A DNA stretch of 45,132 nucleotides from an uncultured Bacilli bacterium (GTDB taxonomy: Bacteria > Bacillota_I > Bacilli_A > RF39 > UBA660), in the NCBI GenBank assembly GCA_944332575.1, contig CALVKH010000001.1, forward strand, positions 1 to 45,132, in the 5' to 3' direction. The number at the start of each line of letters is the position of its first letter. Position 1 is the first letter of the stretch. Both the position numbers and the translations under genes were made by a program. Below are positions 1 through 10,854 of this stretch, piece after piece. The notes beneath the pieces are model-generated. The model was not told the DNA's origin, searched no databases, and saw only the letters and a list, made by a program, of their open reading frames with translations.

Positions 1-13
1 GAAATGAGGTCTT

Positions 14-727
14 ATGAAAGTATTAGTAATTATTCCAGCATATAATGAGGAAAAAAGTATATTAAAGACTGTTAATAGTTTAGAAAAAATAAAATTAAAA
101 GGACATACTCTAGATTATATTGTGATTAATGATGGATCCGTTGACAAAACCAAAGAAGTGTGTGAATCTAATCATCTTAATTTTATTGATTTACCATTTA
201 ACCTAGGAATTGGTGGAGCTGTTCAAACGGGATATAAATATGCTTATTATAATGATTATGATGTAGCTATTCAGTTTGATGGAGATGGACAACATGATGG
301 TAGTTATATAAATAATTTAGTAACAGAAATAAAAAACGGTAATAATATTGTTATAGGGTCTAGATTTGTTAGTGAATTAAGCGAATTTAAATCAACAAAA
401 ATAAGAAGAGTAGGGATATCCTTTTTATCATGGCTAATCAAAGTGGTTACTGGTAAGAAGATATATGATCCAACCAGTGGATTTAGGGCAGCAGATAAAA
501 AGATAATTAAGTTATTTGCTAATGATTATCCAATTGATTATCCAGAACCTGATACTATTGTAACTGTTATAAAAAAAGGATATAAAGTAGCAGAGATACC
601 TGTTAAAATGAATAAACGTGAAAGTGGAAAAAGTTCTATTAATCCGGTTAAATCTATTTATTATATGATTAAAGTAAGCTTAGCTATTATTATAGCAGGA
701 GCATCTTCTAAGAAAGGAAGTGAATAA
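14..727 (+). CDS. Family-2 (GT-A) glycosyltransferase, polyprenyl-phosphate sugar transferase type (GtrB/CsbB/DPM1-like)
   Basis: 237-aa ORF with a GAGGT RBS. Motifs 'VIIPAYNEE', 'INDGSVDKT' and 'FDGDGQHD' are typical of the GT2 nucleotide-sugar/DXD region. A GtrA-like gene lies downstream. Confidence 0.85.
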   Translation: MKVLVIIPAYNEEKSILKTVNSLEKIKLKGHTLDYIVINDGSVDKTKEVCESNHLNFIDLPFNLGIGGAVQTGYKYAYYNDYDVAIQFDGDGQHDGSYINNLVTEIKNGNNIVIGSRFVSELSEFKSTKIRRVGISFLSWLIKVVTGKKIYDPTSGFRAADKKIIKLFANDYPIDYPEPDTIVTVIKKGYKVAEIPVKMNKRESGKSSINPVKSIYYMIKVSLAIIIAGASSKKGSE

Positions 728-1067
728 TATGCCTTTAAAATTAGTTATTGTTTTAATTTTATTTGCATTATTATTTGTTATTTATGTATGGACTAATGTT
801 ATTAAAAGAAATTTAATTATTAAATATGCTTTATTATGGTTAATATTTAGTGTTGCTATGACTATCGCAGTATTAATTCCAGATGTTTTAAAAGTTATTT
901 GCAATTCTATTGGTATAGCTACCGTATCTAACTTTATTTTCTTCTTAGGATTTGGAATATTACTATTTATTACTTTTGTTTTAACAGAAGTGGTATCTAC
1001 TCAAAAAGCTAAAATTACTACTCTTGCGCAAGAAGTTGCTATACTAAAGCATAAGACAGGTAAATAA
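720..1067 (+). CDS. Small polytopic membrane protein (DUF2304-like partner of GT2 genes)
   Basis: 115-aa ORF overlapping the GT2 stop by 8 nt. It has 3-4 hydrophobic helices and the position typical of this family. The family call is from memory only. Confidence 0.5.
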   Translation: MNNMPLKLVIVLILFALLFVIYVWTNVIKRNLIIKYALLWLIFSVAMTIAVLIPDVLKVICNSIGIATVSNFIFFLGFGILLFITFVLTEVVSTQKAKITTLAQEVAILKHKTGK

Positions 1068-1069
1068 GT

Positions 1070-1522
1070 ATGAATGCAGTAATTAATTTAATCAAAAAAT
1101 ATAGTGTATTTTTAAAATACATGATTTCAGCAGGTATTTCTTTTGTTTTAGATTTATCGCTTTTTACTTTATTTAATTTTCTTTTAAAAAGTTCTATAAG
1201 CGATATTTCTATCATTGTAGCAACTGTTTTAGCAAGAATCATTTCATCTTTTATTAATTATTTAATGAATAGAAATGGTGTATTTAAGAAAAATACTAAT
1301 AAGATAGATACAACTACTTTAGTAAAATATTATATTTTAGTGGTTGTTCAAATGGTTGTTTCTGCAACCTCAGTATTAGGATTATACCGATTAACTAATA
1401 TGAATGAAACTTTAATTAAAATACCAGTAGAAATTATTCTATTTTTGGTTAATTATTTTGTTCAAAAACACTTTATATTTTATGATGATAAAAAAAGGAA
1501 GTATAAACATGAAAAAGTATAG
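1070..1522 (+). CDS. GtrA-family membrane protein (putative lipid-linked sugar flippase)
   Basis: 150-aa protein with four hydrophobic segments. Its size, topology and placement next to a GT2 gene are typical of GtrA/GtcA. Confidence 0.7.
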   Translation: MNAVINLIKKYSVFLKYMISAGISFVLDLSLFTLFNFLLKSSISDISIIVATVLARIISSFINYLMNRNGVFKKNTNKIDTTTLVKYYILVVVQMVVSATSVLGLYRLTNMNETLIKIPVEIILFLVNYFVQKHFIFYDDKKRKYKHEKV

Positions 1523-3299
1523 AAATATAATTTACTTTATTTTAGGAATAATAACTACTTTTAGTTTATTATTTCCAGTAACTTCTAGTGGATTAAAATT
1601 TTCAAGAAGTAATACCATGATGATTACCTATGTAGTTTTAGCAGCTCTTTTATTTATATTTTATAGAAAATATTTTGCTAAATTTAAAAGGAAAACTACT
1701 TATAATATTATTGCTATTATTTTTAGTTTATTAATGGTATTTGGTTATAGTTATGACATTGTTCATAATGCTTCATTAGTATTAGGAGATATATCATTAA
1801 TTCTATTTTCGATTTTAAAAGGAATAGGATATTATGTTTTATTTAATACTTCCATTCATTTATTAGATGATGTGGTAAAAACTAAAAAGATGAAAGATGT
1901 TAAATTGCCTAAAATATTTGATTTGTTTGACAAACATCCATTTCTTTTTAGTTTTATAGTTATTTTACTATGTTACTTACCATATATTATTGCTTATTAT
2001 CCAGTGATTATTAACTATGATGCTGCTAATCAAATAAAAGAAGTAATGGGGATTCATACAAGATACATGGACAGTGTAATATTACTTAATCCAAATGTTT
2101 ATTTAACAAATTTTAATCCTCTGATTCATACCTTCTTAATAGGTGGATTATTTAAAGTAGGGTATTTATTAGGTAATGTTAATTTTGGAATGTTTTTATA
2201 TTCTATTATTCAAGTTACTATTGTGATAAGTGTATTTGCTTATTCTATTTATTACTTAAAAAAAATCAATGTTAATAAAATATTAATACGTATTGTAGTA
2301 GGAATATATCCATTAGTTCCATTATTTCCTTTTTATGCTATGACAGCGGTAAAAGATGTCATATTCTCTTCTTTAGTGTTTTTATATATAATTAAGATGT
2401 ATGATATTATCAAATATAAGCAGACAGTGAAACAATATATCTTATTTGCACTATTAGTTTTATTAGTTATACTATTTAGAAATAATGGTATATATACAAT
2501 TCTTCTTAGTCTTCCTTTTCTTCTTATTTTTAAGAAAGAAATTAGGATTCCTATTTTAATTGTTTTAGTGTTTAATATTACAATGTATGTTGGCTATAAC
2601 AAAGTATTGCTTCCAAGTTTTGAAATTGCTAATACTAGTATTAGAGAAGTATTATCAGTTCCTTTTCAACAGACTGCACGATATGCTAAATATTATGGAG
2701 ATGAGATTAGCCTAGAAGATAGGGAAGTAATTGATAAAGTTTTAGGATATGATGATTTAGGGGAAAGATATGATACTGATTTATCGGATCCTGTTAAAAA
2801 TAAATTTAATAAATATACAACCAACGAAGAATTAAAAGAATATTTTACAGTATGGCTAAAATATTTATTCAAAAGACCTGTAGTATATATAGATGCAACG
2901 ATTAATAATATTTATGGATATTTTTATCCTAATACAAGTGCTTGGTATATTTATACAGATTTAAATCATAAATTACCAGAAGCAGGATTTGATTATCACT
3001 ATAATGGATTAAGTGGATTAAGACTTGTTTTAAAAGGTTATGGTGAAGCATTCCCTTATATTCCTATTATTGGTACTATTGCTAATATTGGAATGACAGT
3101 ATGGATTCATATATTATTAATAGGAATGTTAATTGTTAATAAGATGAAAAAACATATTGTATTATTATTACCATCTTTATCACTTATTTTAGTGTGTATG
3201 GTAGGACCAGCTAATACCTATTTTAGGTATATTTTACCTTGTGTATTTGCTTTACCTTCTATTATTTGTATTTTATATAATGAACTAAAAAATAATTAG
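1509..3299 (+). CDS. Large polytopic membrane protein, candidate GT-C-type (YfhO-like/DUF6020-like) glycosyltransferase
   Basis: Start refined to the ATG at 1509 (AGGAAG RBS; the track ORF begins at 1458). More than 10 hydrophobic helices plus an extracytoplasmic loop. It is the last gene of the GT2-GtrA module. Confidence 0.55.
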   Translation: MKKYRNIIYFILGIITTFSLLFPVTSSGLKFSRSNTMMITYVVLAALLFIFYRKYFAKFKRKTTYNIIAIIFSLLMVFGYSYDIVHNASLVLGDISLILFSILKGIGYYVLFNTSIHLLDDVVKTKKMKDVKLPKIFDLFDKHPFLFSFIVILLCYLPYIIAYYPVIINYDAANQIKEVMGIHTRYMDSVILLNPNVYLTNFNPLIHTFLIGGLFKVGYLLGNVNFGMFLYSIIQVTIVISVFAYSIYYLKKINVNKILIRIVVGIYPLVPLFPFYAMTAVKDVIFSSLVFLYIIKMYDIIKYKQTVKQYILFALLVLLVILFRNNGIYTILLSLPFLLIFKKEIRIPILIVLVFNITMYVGYNKVLLPSFEIANTSIREVLSVPFQQTARYAKYYGDEISLEDREVIDKVLGYDDLGERYDTDLSDPVKNKFNKYTTNEELKEYFTVWLKYLFKRPVVYIDATINNIYGYFYPNTSAWYIYTDLNHKLPEAGFDYHYNGLSGLRLVLKGYGEAFPYIPIIGTIANIGMTVWIHILLIGMLIVNKMKKHIVLLLPSLSLILVCMVGPANTYFRYILPCVFALPSIICILYNELKNN

Positions 3300-3314
3300 T
3301 TCATTTCTTTTTTT
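3281..3314 (+). terminator. Rho-independent terminator candidate
   Basis: TGAACTAA / TTAGTTCA stem followed by TTTCTTTTTTT. Confidence 0.45.
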
Positions 3315-3327
3315 AAATAAGTAAATA

Positions 3328-3336
3328 TGATATAAT
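3328..3336 (+). promoter_or_regulatory. Extended -10 promoter candidate (TGaTATAAT) for the amidase gene
   Basis: TG-n-TATAAT lies 25 nt upstream of the ATG at 3361. There is no good -35 element. Confidence 0.3.
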
Positions 3337-3360
3337 GTTGCTGTAGTAGGAGAAGTATAT

Positions 3361-4986
3361 ATGAAAAAAGTGTTAAATAAGAAAATTATAATTATATTCA
3401 TTGTTAGTCTAGCACTTATGTTACTAGTAGCAAGTATTTTATTATACTTCTTTTTAACTAGGGATAAATTAGTTTTTAAATTAATAGGAGAAGAAGTTTT
3501 AACTTTAGATGTTTATGAACAATATAATGATCCAGGTATTCAAGCTATTATTGATAAAGAAGATGTGTCTAGTGATGTTATTGTTGATTATTCCTTAGTG
3601 GATACTAATAAAGTAGGGACTTATGAAGTGATTTATAAAATTAATTATGATAAAAAGGAAGTACAATTAGTAAGAACAGTAAAAGTTGTTGATAGTGAAA
3701 GTCCTGTTCTAACACTGAAAGGTAACGAAGAAATAGTTGTGGAAGAAGGTAATGTTTATCAAGAACCAGGATGTAATGCCGTAGATAATTATGATCCTAA
3801 AGTAAATGATAAAATCCAGATTATTAATCATGTCAATACTAATGTAGTTGGTGTTTATGAAGTGGTTTATACTGTAGTTGATGATAGTGGTAATAAGTCC
3901 TCTATTACTAGACAAGTTGTTGTAAAACCTAAAGATGATAATGAAATTGATGATTATACTAGTTTAATGTCTTCTAATCAAATTACTAATATGTCTTTTA
4001 TTGATGATGGAGTGTATATAGAAGGATATGTAAAAGATAATAATGGAAGCTTTAAAATAAAAGTATGTAAAGATAATAAAAAAGATTGTGTGAATTATGA
4101 TATGAATAAAAAGGATGATTATTATTACTATGGTAATATAAAATTGTCTAATTTAGATAATGGGACATATTATATGTGGATAGAATCTAAAACAGCTGAA
4201 AAAGTAGTTAATAAATTAGATATGCAATATAGGATTGTAAGAGCTAAATTGAATGATAAGTTAGTAACATTTAATTATGACAATGATAATGTTACATTCA
4301 TTGTTGATGATTTTGCTTATCAATATGATATTTTAATTGATCCGGGGCATGGTGGAAGTGATCCTGGAGCATCCAATGAAACAATAGATGAGAAACAACT
4401 TAATTTAATACAATCCTTATATGAAAAGGAACGTTATGAGGAGCATGGATTAAAAGTATTAATGTTAAGAAATGATTTAACTTATGGTATGACAATGGGG
4501 GAAAGCACTTGGCCAGCCGTAAGAAAAAAAGCTTACGCATTAGGTTTTTATGGAGTAGTATCTAAAATTACTTATAGTAATCACCATAATAGTAGTCTCG
4601 ATACAACATTAAGTGGATGGGAAATCATAGTTCCAGCAACTTCTAATAAGGAATATTTGAGTACGATTTATAAAATAAGTGATCGTTGGACAAATACTTA
4701 TAACACTTTGGAAGAACACACAAGAGTGTATACAAGAAACTATAATACTGGTACAATTTTCAGTAAAGAAAATAATGATTTGTATTATTTTACGGATTAT
4801 TATGCAGTTTTAAGATTGCCATATCAATTATTTAATGTTAACAATGTATTGTTTGAAGGGTCATATTTAAGTAATAAAGCAGATTTTGAATGGTATTATA
4901 CTAATAATAATTGGAAAAAATTGAGTGAAGATAAAATAAGGACTTATGTAGAAGCATTAGGAATAGAATATATAGAACCTAAATAG
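3361..4986 (+). CDS. Membrane-anchored N-acetylmuramoyl-L-alanine amidase (Amidase_3) with two Ig-like (DUF5011-like) repeats
   Basis: N-terminal TM helix. Two repeats of the pattern G..V..Y.DPG..A.D ... VG.YEV.Y. The 'ILIDPGHGGSDPGA' motif marks the Amidase_3 zinc site. Confidence 0.8.
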   Translation: MKKVLNKKIIIIFIVSLALMLLVASILLYFFLTRDKLVFKLIGEEVLTLDVYEQYNDPGIQAIIDKEDVSSDVIVDYSLVDTNKVGTYEVIYKINYDKKEVQLVRTVKVVDSESPVLTLKGNEEIVVEEGNVYQEPGCNAVDNYDPKVNDKIQIINHVNTNVVGVYEVVYTVVDDSGNKSSITRQVVVKPKDDNEIDDYTSLMSSNQITNMSFIDDGVYIEGYVKDNNGSFKIKVCKDNKKDCVNYDMNKKDDYYYYGNIKLSNLDNGTYYMWIESKTAEKVVNKLDMQYRIVRAKLNDKLVTFNYDNDNVTFIVDDFAYQYDILIDPGHGGSDPGASNETIDEKQLNLIQSLYEKERYEEHGLKVLMLRNDLTYGMTMGESTWPAVRKKAYALGFYGVVSKITYSNHHNSSLDTTLSGWEIIVPATSNKEYLSTIYKISDRWTNTYNTLEEHTRVYTRNYNTGTIFSKENNDLYYFTDYYAVLRLPYQLFNVNNVLFEGSYLSNKADFEWYYTNNNWKKLSEDKIRTYVEALGIEYIEPK

Positions 4987-5016
4987 CGAGGATTGTCATA
5001 CAATGCTTGCTTTTTT
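4986..5016 (+). terminator. Rho-independent terminator candidate
   Basis: GCGAGGATTG / CAATGCTTGC stem (one wobble pair, one mismatch) followed by TTTTTT. Confidence 0.5.
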
Positions 5017-5069
5017 CTTTTAAGAAGAGTATAATAGCATTCGCTAACAAAATAATAAGGAGAGATACT

Positions 5070-5498
5070 ATGATAGCCAAAACAACTAGTGAGGAAGTAG
5101 ATGAAAAAATTAATTTTATTGATAATAATGGGTATGTTTTAAACAATATTTTATTTTACAAAATGGAAAATAATATACCGGTATTAGATGCGGTAGTTGA
5201 TGTAATTATTAGTGATAAACCATTAAAAGAATGCAGTTACTATTCTGAATTAAATGAAATGATTATAGAGAATAGTAGTTTTTTTGAAAAAAGAAAAGGA
5301 AAATATTCTGAATCTTTTGGGGTTATTTTTAATGTTGCTCATTATATCAATCAAAGTGTTGAAGATGAGGTGTTAAGAACGCAATTAATTGATGATTTAC
5401 GAAAATATACTTCTTCTTTTAAAGGAAGTGGTGTACCTTCAAAAGAATTAGGAAATTATATTCATTTTGACAAACCAAAAGTAATGATGCGAAAATAA
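5070..5498 (+). CDS. Hypothetical cytoplasmic protein
   Basis: Start moved to the ATG at 5070 (AAGGAGAG RBS). The 5007 ATG lies inside the upstream terminator. No motif recognised. Confidence 0.5.
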   Translation: MIAKTTSEEVDEKINFIDNNGYVLNNILFYKMENNIPVLDAVVDVIISDKPLKECSYYSELNEMIIENSSFFEKRKGKYSESFGVIFNVAHYINQSVEDEVLRTQLIDDLRKYTSSFKGSGVPSKELGNYIHFDKPKVMMRK

Positions 5499-5512
5499 AA
5501 AATGTTATACAA

Positions 5513-5543
5513 AAATAGAAAAGCTTTTTACTTTTCTATTTTT
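5513..5543. terminator. Bidirectional terminator between convergent genes
   Basis: AAATAGAAAAG / CTTTTCTATTT perfect stem flanked by A- and T-runs. Confidence 0.6.
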
Positions 5544-5602
5544 AATACAATGTACTTTTTATTTAATGTCTACTCAAAGAAGTGTATTTTATAAAGAGTT
5601 TT

Positions 5603-7237
<1,635 letters not shown>

Positions 7238-7324
7238 CTAGGCTCTTTATAATTATAACATACATTCTTTGTATATTGATTTATTTTTATAAAGTTTATA
7301 TAATAAAATTGTTTAGGTGGTTAT

Positions 7325-7954
7325 ATGAAAATAATAGAGCCAAAAATTTCTTCAGATTTAGAGGTTAAAAATAAATTTGAACCAGTAGAAGAAAATTTTT
7401 ATAATTGTATTTTCGAAAATCAACAGTTAAATAATATTAATATCAATAATATTGAATTTAATGAATGTGTATTTAAAAATATTGATTTTACTAATGCTAA
7501 ATTAGATAATATTGATTTTGTGGATTGTATTTTTGAAAACTGTGATTTATCTAATTTAGAATTTACTAAGAAGTTATTTTTAAGATGTAAATTTACCAAT
7601 TGTAGATTAGTAGGAATTATAATTAGTGAAGAATTATTACAAAATATTATTTTTGATAATTGTAATTTAAATTATGGTAATTTCCCTAATAATAAGTTTA
7701 AAAATATTTTATTTAAGGACTGTTTATTAGAAAAAAGCCGTTTTTTAGAAAATAATATGGACAATGTTAATTTTAGTAATAGTGATTTAACTTCTAGTGA
7801 AGTATTTAAAACTTCTTTAAATAAAGTTGATCTGTCTTCCTCTAAAATAGAAGGAATTGCTATTGATACTTATAGTATTAAAGGAGTAGTTGTTAATTCG
7901 TATCAAGCATTACTTTTATCTAAAATATTAGGAATAGTTATAAAAGAAGAGTAG
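7325..7954 (+). CDS. Pentapeptide-repeat protein
   Basis: Long run of A(D/N)LxX-type pentapeptides, e.g. 'FTNAKLDNIDFVDCIFENCDLSNLEF'. Confidence 0.85.
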   Translation: MKIIEPKISSDLEVKNKFEPVEENFYNCIFENQQLNNININNIEFNECVFKNIDFTNAKLDNIDFVDCIFENCDLSNLEFTKKLFLRCKFTNCRLVGIIISEELLQNIIFDNCNLNYGNFPNNKFKNILFKDCLLEKSRFLENNMDNVNFSNSDLTSSEVFKTSLNKVDLSSSKIEGIAIDTYSIKGVVVNSYQALLLSKILGIVIKEE

Positions 7955-7962
7955 GTGTATGA

Positions 7963-8892
7963 ATGAAAAAGTGTGTAGTTATATATAATCCCAATAGTGG
8001 TAAAAAGATTAAACAAGAATTTTTAGCAGCATATTTAGATATTCTTATGGATTATTCATATGAGCCAGAAGTAATCTTCTCTAAATATAAGGGGCATATT
8101 ACTAAAATAGTATCAGAATTGAGACCAGTTGATTTAGTGATTACTTTAGGTGGAGATGGAACTTTTAATGAAGCAATGAATGGTAATTTCTTAAGAGAAG
8201 AAAGATTATTACTTGCACACATTCCTCTTGGTACAACTAACGATATTGGAGCTATGTTTGGTTATGGGAAAGATGTTATTAATAATTTGAAACTTCTTCT
8301 AGAAGGAGAAGTTAGAGATATGGACATTTGTTGTGTTAATGGAAAACCTTTTGTTTATGTAGCGGGGTTTGGAAAATTCATGAATGTTCCTTATGAGACT
8401 AGTCGTGAATTAAAGAAAAAATTAGGTTATCTTGCTTATTTAGTGGAAGGTGCTAAAGAGTTTTTTAATATGACTAAGTTATATGAATTAAGTTATACTA
8501 TTGGTGATGAAACTTATCATGGACTTTATTCATTCTTAATTATTTCTAATGCTAATAGAATAGCGGGAATTAATAATTTTTATAATGATGTTAAACTAGA
8601 TGATGGAAAGTTTGAAGTGTTATTTTGTAATTTATCTAGAAAGCAAGATGTTTTAAAGACATTATATTATTTAAGAACTAGTGACATAACTAAAGTTCCT
8701 GGGTTCTATTTCCATAAAACGGATAATTTAAAAATATCCTTTAAAAAACCAGTATCATCTTGGTGTGTGGATGGGGAGCAATTAGAAGAAGAAACCAAAG
8801 ACTATGAAATTACAGTTAAGAAAAATGTTAAAATATTGTTACCCAAGAAAAATATTGATAATTTATTTCAAAAAAAGCTATCTAGTAAATAG
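7963..8892 (+). CDS. Diacylglycerol-kinase-family lipid kinase (YegS/DgkB/BmrU-like)
   Basis: 'VIYNPNSGK' N-terminus and the 'GGDGTFNEAMNG' catalytic-domain motif. About 300 aa. Confidence 0.85.
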   Translation: MKKCVVIYNPNSGKKIKQEFLAAYLDILMDYSYEPEVIFSKYKGHITKIVSELRPVDLVITLGGDGTFNEAMNGNFLREERLLLAHIPLGTTNDIGAMFGYGKDVINNLKLLLEGEVRDMDICCVNGKPFVYVAGFGKFMNVPYETSRELKKKLGYLAYLVEGAKEFFNMTKLYELSYTIGDETYHGLYSFLIISNANRIAGINNFYNDVKLDDGKFEVLFCNLSRKQDVLKTLYYLRTSDITKVPGFYFHKTDNLKISFKKPVSSWCVDGEQLEEETKDYEITVKKNVKILLPKKNIDNLFQKKLSSK

Positions 8893-8901
8893 ATAGTTTT
8901 T
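8878..8901. terminator. Bidirectional terminator candidate between convergent genes
   Basis: CTATCTA / TAGATAG stem, A-run upstream and T-run downstream. Confidence 0.4.
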
Positions 8902-9877
8902 AATTGAATAAATGTAACCATTCATTTAATTCATTTTCATAATGAAAATCTGTTAACTTATCTTTTAATTTTTGTTTATTATTTAAAATTAGTTCAATGT
9001 ATTTTTCAAAATTGTTATCTAATAAGTCAATAACGATTCCATTTTCTAAATTAGTTATTTGTTCTTTGGAACTTTCAAAATTAGTAACAATGACTGGAGT
9101 ACCTAATATTTTAGCTTCTGTTATTGAGTTACACCATGATTCATCATCACTTAATTGAACTAAATAATCAGCGTATTTTACATAGGGATAAGGATTTTCT
9201 TGGTATCCTATGAATTCAACTTCTTTAAAATTTTTAAAATTATCTTTTATTTCTTGCTCTCTTTTTCTTCCTTTTCCAACTATTTTAATAGAGAAACGAA
9301 TGTTTTTTGCTTTTAGAGTATTAGTTAGAAGTAATAATCTATCAAAACCTTTTCCGCTAGATAATCTAGATACTACAGTAAGTTTTAAAACGTTATTATC
9401 GATATCAGAATAAGGGTTAAAAATGGATGCTAATTTTTTAATATCTTTAGCCATAAAATTATGGATCACTTGTCCTTCTTTTTGTATATTCAAATGATTT
9501 TTTACTGCATTAGATACACATACAAAATTATCCATGTCATTAACAAATTCATTATCATCTAATAAGCAATTAGGAAGAATTCTTGGCATACTATGAATCC
9601 AAGCAATATTTTTTTTAGCTTTAATTAACTGTTTTAATTTTTTATAGTCAAAATATAAATAACACCATACGCATACATCACAAATAATGGTTTGATTTTC
9701 AATTTTATATACATTAGCATATTGTTTTAAAATATTAACAATATTAGGATCTAAGATAGAGTCATCAGTATATACAATATCTATATCATAATTTTTATAA
9801 ATTTCTTTCGTTAATAGCTCTAAACATTTTTCGATTCCGCCGCTAATTAGGGTTTTATTGTAGAAAACAATTTTCAT
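8900..9877 (-). CDS. GT-B fold glycosyltransferase (GT4/glycosyltransferase family 1 type)
   Basis: Start refined to the ATG at 9877 (GGAGTG RBS). C-terminal 'ESWCNSITEAKILGTPVIVTN' resembles the EX7E motif region of GT4 enzymes. Confidence 0.75.
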   Translation of the reverse strand: MKIVFYNKTLISGGIEKCLELLTKEIYKNYDIDIVYTDDSILDPNIVNILKQYANVYKIENQTIICDVCVWCYLYFDYKKLKQLIKAKKNIAWIHSMPRILPNCLLDDNEFVNDMDNFVCVSNAVKNHLNIQKEGQVIHNFMAKDIKKLASIFNPYSDIDNNVLKLTVVSRLSSGKGFDRLLLLTNTLKAKNIRFSIKIVGKGRKREQEIKDNFKNFKEVEFIGYQENPYPYVKYADYLVQLSDDESWCNSITEAKILGTPVIVTNFESSKEQITNLENGIVIDLLDNNFEKYIELILNNKQKLKDKLTDFHYENELNEWLHLFN

Positions 9878-9943
9878 AAAATCACTCCGTGGTAATACTA
9901 TACTATAGAATTTTAAGTTTATCAATATGGAAAATTTAAGTAA

Positions 9944-9972
9944 TTGACAATGCCAAAAAACTATACTACAAT
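9944..9972 (+). promoter_or_regulatory. Sigma-A-type promoter candidate, TTGACA-17-TACAAT
   Basis: Consensus -35, 17-nt spacer and a near-consensus -10, located 39 nt upstream of the 10011 ATG. Confidence 0.5.
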
Positions 9973-10010
9973 AACTTTGTTACTTGCAATTGACTTCTTA
10001 GGAGGTTCTT

Positions 10011-10706
10011 ATGAAAACACTAACGGTAGTGATACCAGCAAGAAACGAAGAGATGCATATTGCAAATGTAATTAGAAATATAAGTAAATGTGAATTAGTA
10101 AGTGAAATTCTAGTTGTAAATAATAACTCTAAAGATAATACAAGGCAAGTTGCTTTAGAAAATGGTGCAAGAGTTATTAACTGCAAAAAAGTAGGAAAAG
10201 GATATGCAATGGAAATGGGACTAAAACATGCTAGAGGAGAACTTATTTTATTTGCAGATGCTGATATTGATAATTATGATGAAAATTTTGTTATTAAAAT
10301 GATGACACCATTGTTAAAAAATAGGTGTGATTTTGTAAAATCAACATTTGAAAGAAAAGCTGGCCGGGTAACAAGTTTAGTTGCAAAACCACTTTTAGAA
10401 TTAACATTTCCTGAATTATGTAAGTATAGTCAACCTTTAAGCGGTATTATCGCAGGTAAAAAAGAATATTTTGAACAAATTATTTTTGAAAAAGATTATG
10501 GAGTAGATGTAGGGATCTTGATAGATTTATATAATATGGGAATAAGGATACGAGAAGTTAATATTGGAAATATAGAAAATGATTCTCAAGATTGGAAAAA
10601 TTTAATTGATATGTCAAGGCAAGTAACAGCGGCTATTCTAAAAAGAGCCTTTCTATTAGAAAAAAGAAATGAAGAGATTAATTTAGTTAGCTCATTAGAC
10701 TATTGA
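10011..10706 (+). CDS. Family-2 glycosyltransferase (glucosyl-3-phosphoglycerate synthase-like subgroup)
   Basis: 'VVIPARNEE', 'VVNNNSKDNT' and 'FADADI' (DXD) motifs. Soluble, 231 aa. Confidence 0.8.
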   Translation: MKTLTVVIPARNEEMHIANVIRNISKCELVSEILVVNNNSKDNTRQVALENGARVINCKKVGKGYAMEMGLKHARGELILFADADIDNYDENFVIKMMTPLLKNRCDFVKSTFERKAGRVTSLVAKPLLELTFPELCKYSQPLSGIIAGKKEYFEQIIFEKDYGVDVGILIDLYNMGIRIREVNIGNIENDSQDWKNLIDMSRQVTAAILKRAFLLEKRNEEINLVSSLDY

Positions 10707-10724
10707 ATTTCAATAGTCTTTTTT
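10697..10724 (+). terminator. Rho-independent terminator
   Basis: AGACTATTGA / TCAATAGTCT perfect stem followed by TTTTTT. Confidence 0.6.
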
Positions 10725-10854
10725 ATATAAGTGAATAGGAAAGTTCTTTTAGACTCTATTAGTGAGCTTTTTTGTAGTAAGTCTAATTTTTATCTTTATA
10801 AATTTATTCTAGTTATGTTATACTAAAAATATAGTAAAGGTGGGTATGATATCT

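Noticed and set aside
1039-1242. Short antisense or overlapping ORFs in the six-frame track: 1039..1242, 3709..3915, 9210..9413, 9998..10186, 10935..11120, 13605..13847, 15744..15926, 16106..16309, 17715..17972, 18074..18289, 23837..24043, 24165..24362, 24328..24531, 26591..26857, 28794..29015, 30954..31136, 31343..31558, 31849..32052, 34746..35000, 36281..36475, 37835..38080, 38162..38374 and 42230..42451.
   Set aside because: Each is embedded in or opposite a long, well-supported gene. They have no RBS, a composition typical of translated antisense AT-rich DNA (I/F/L/S/N-rich), and no recognisable motif.
5007-5069. Longer start (ATG 5007) for the 5070..5498 gene, and similar N-terminal extensions in the track ORFs at 1458, 7219, 9925, 14430, 22382, 22992, 27752, 32099, 32601 and 37895.
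   Set aside because: The extensions lack RBSs, overlap upstream terminators or coding ends, and encode implausible leader peptides. Internal ATG/GTG codons with good Shine-Dalgarno spacing were preferred.
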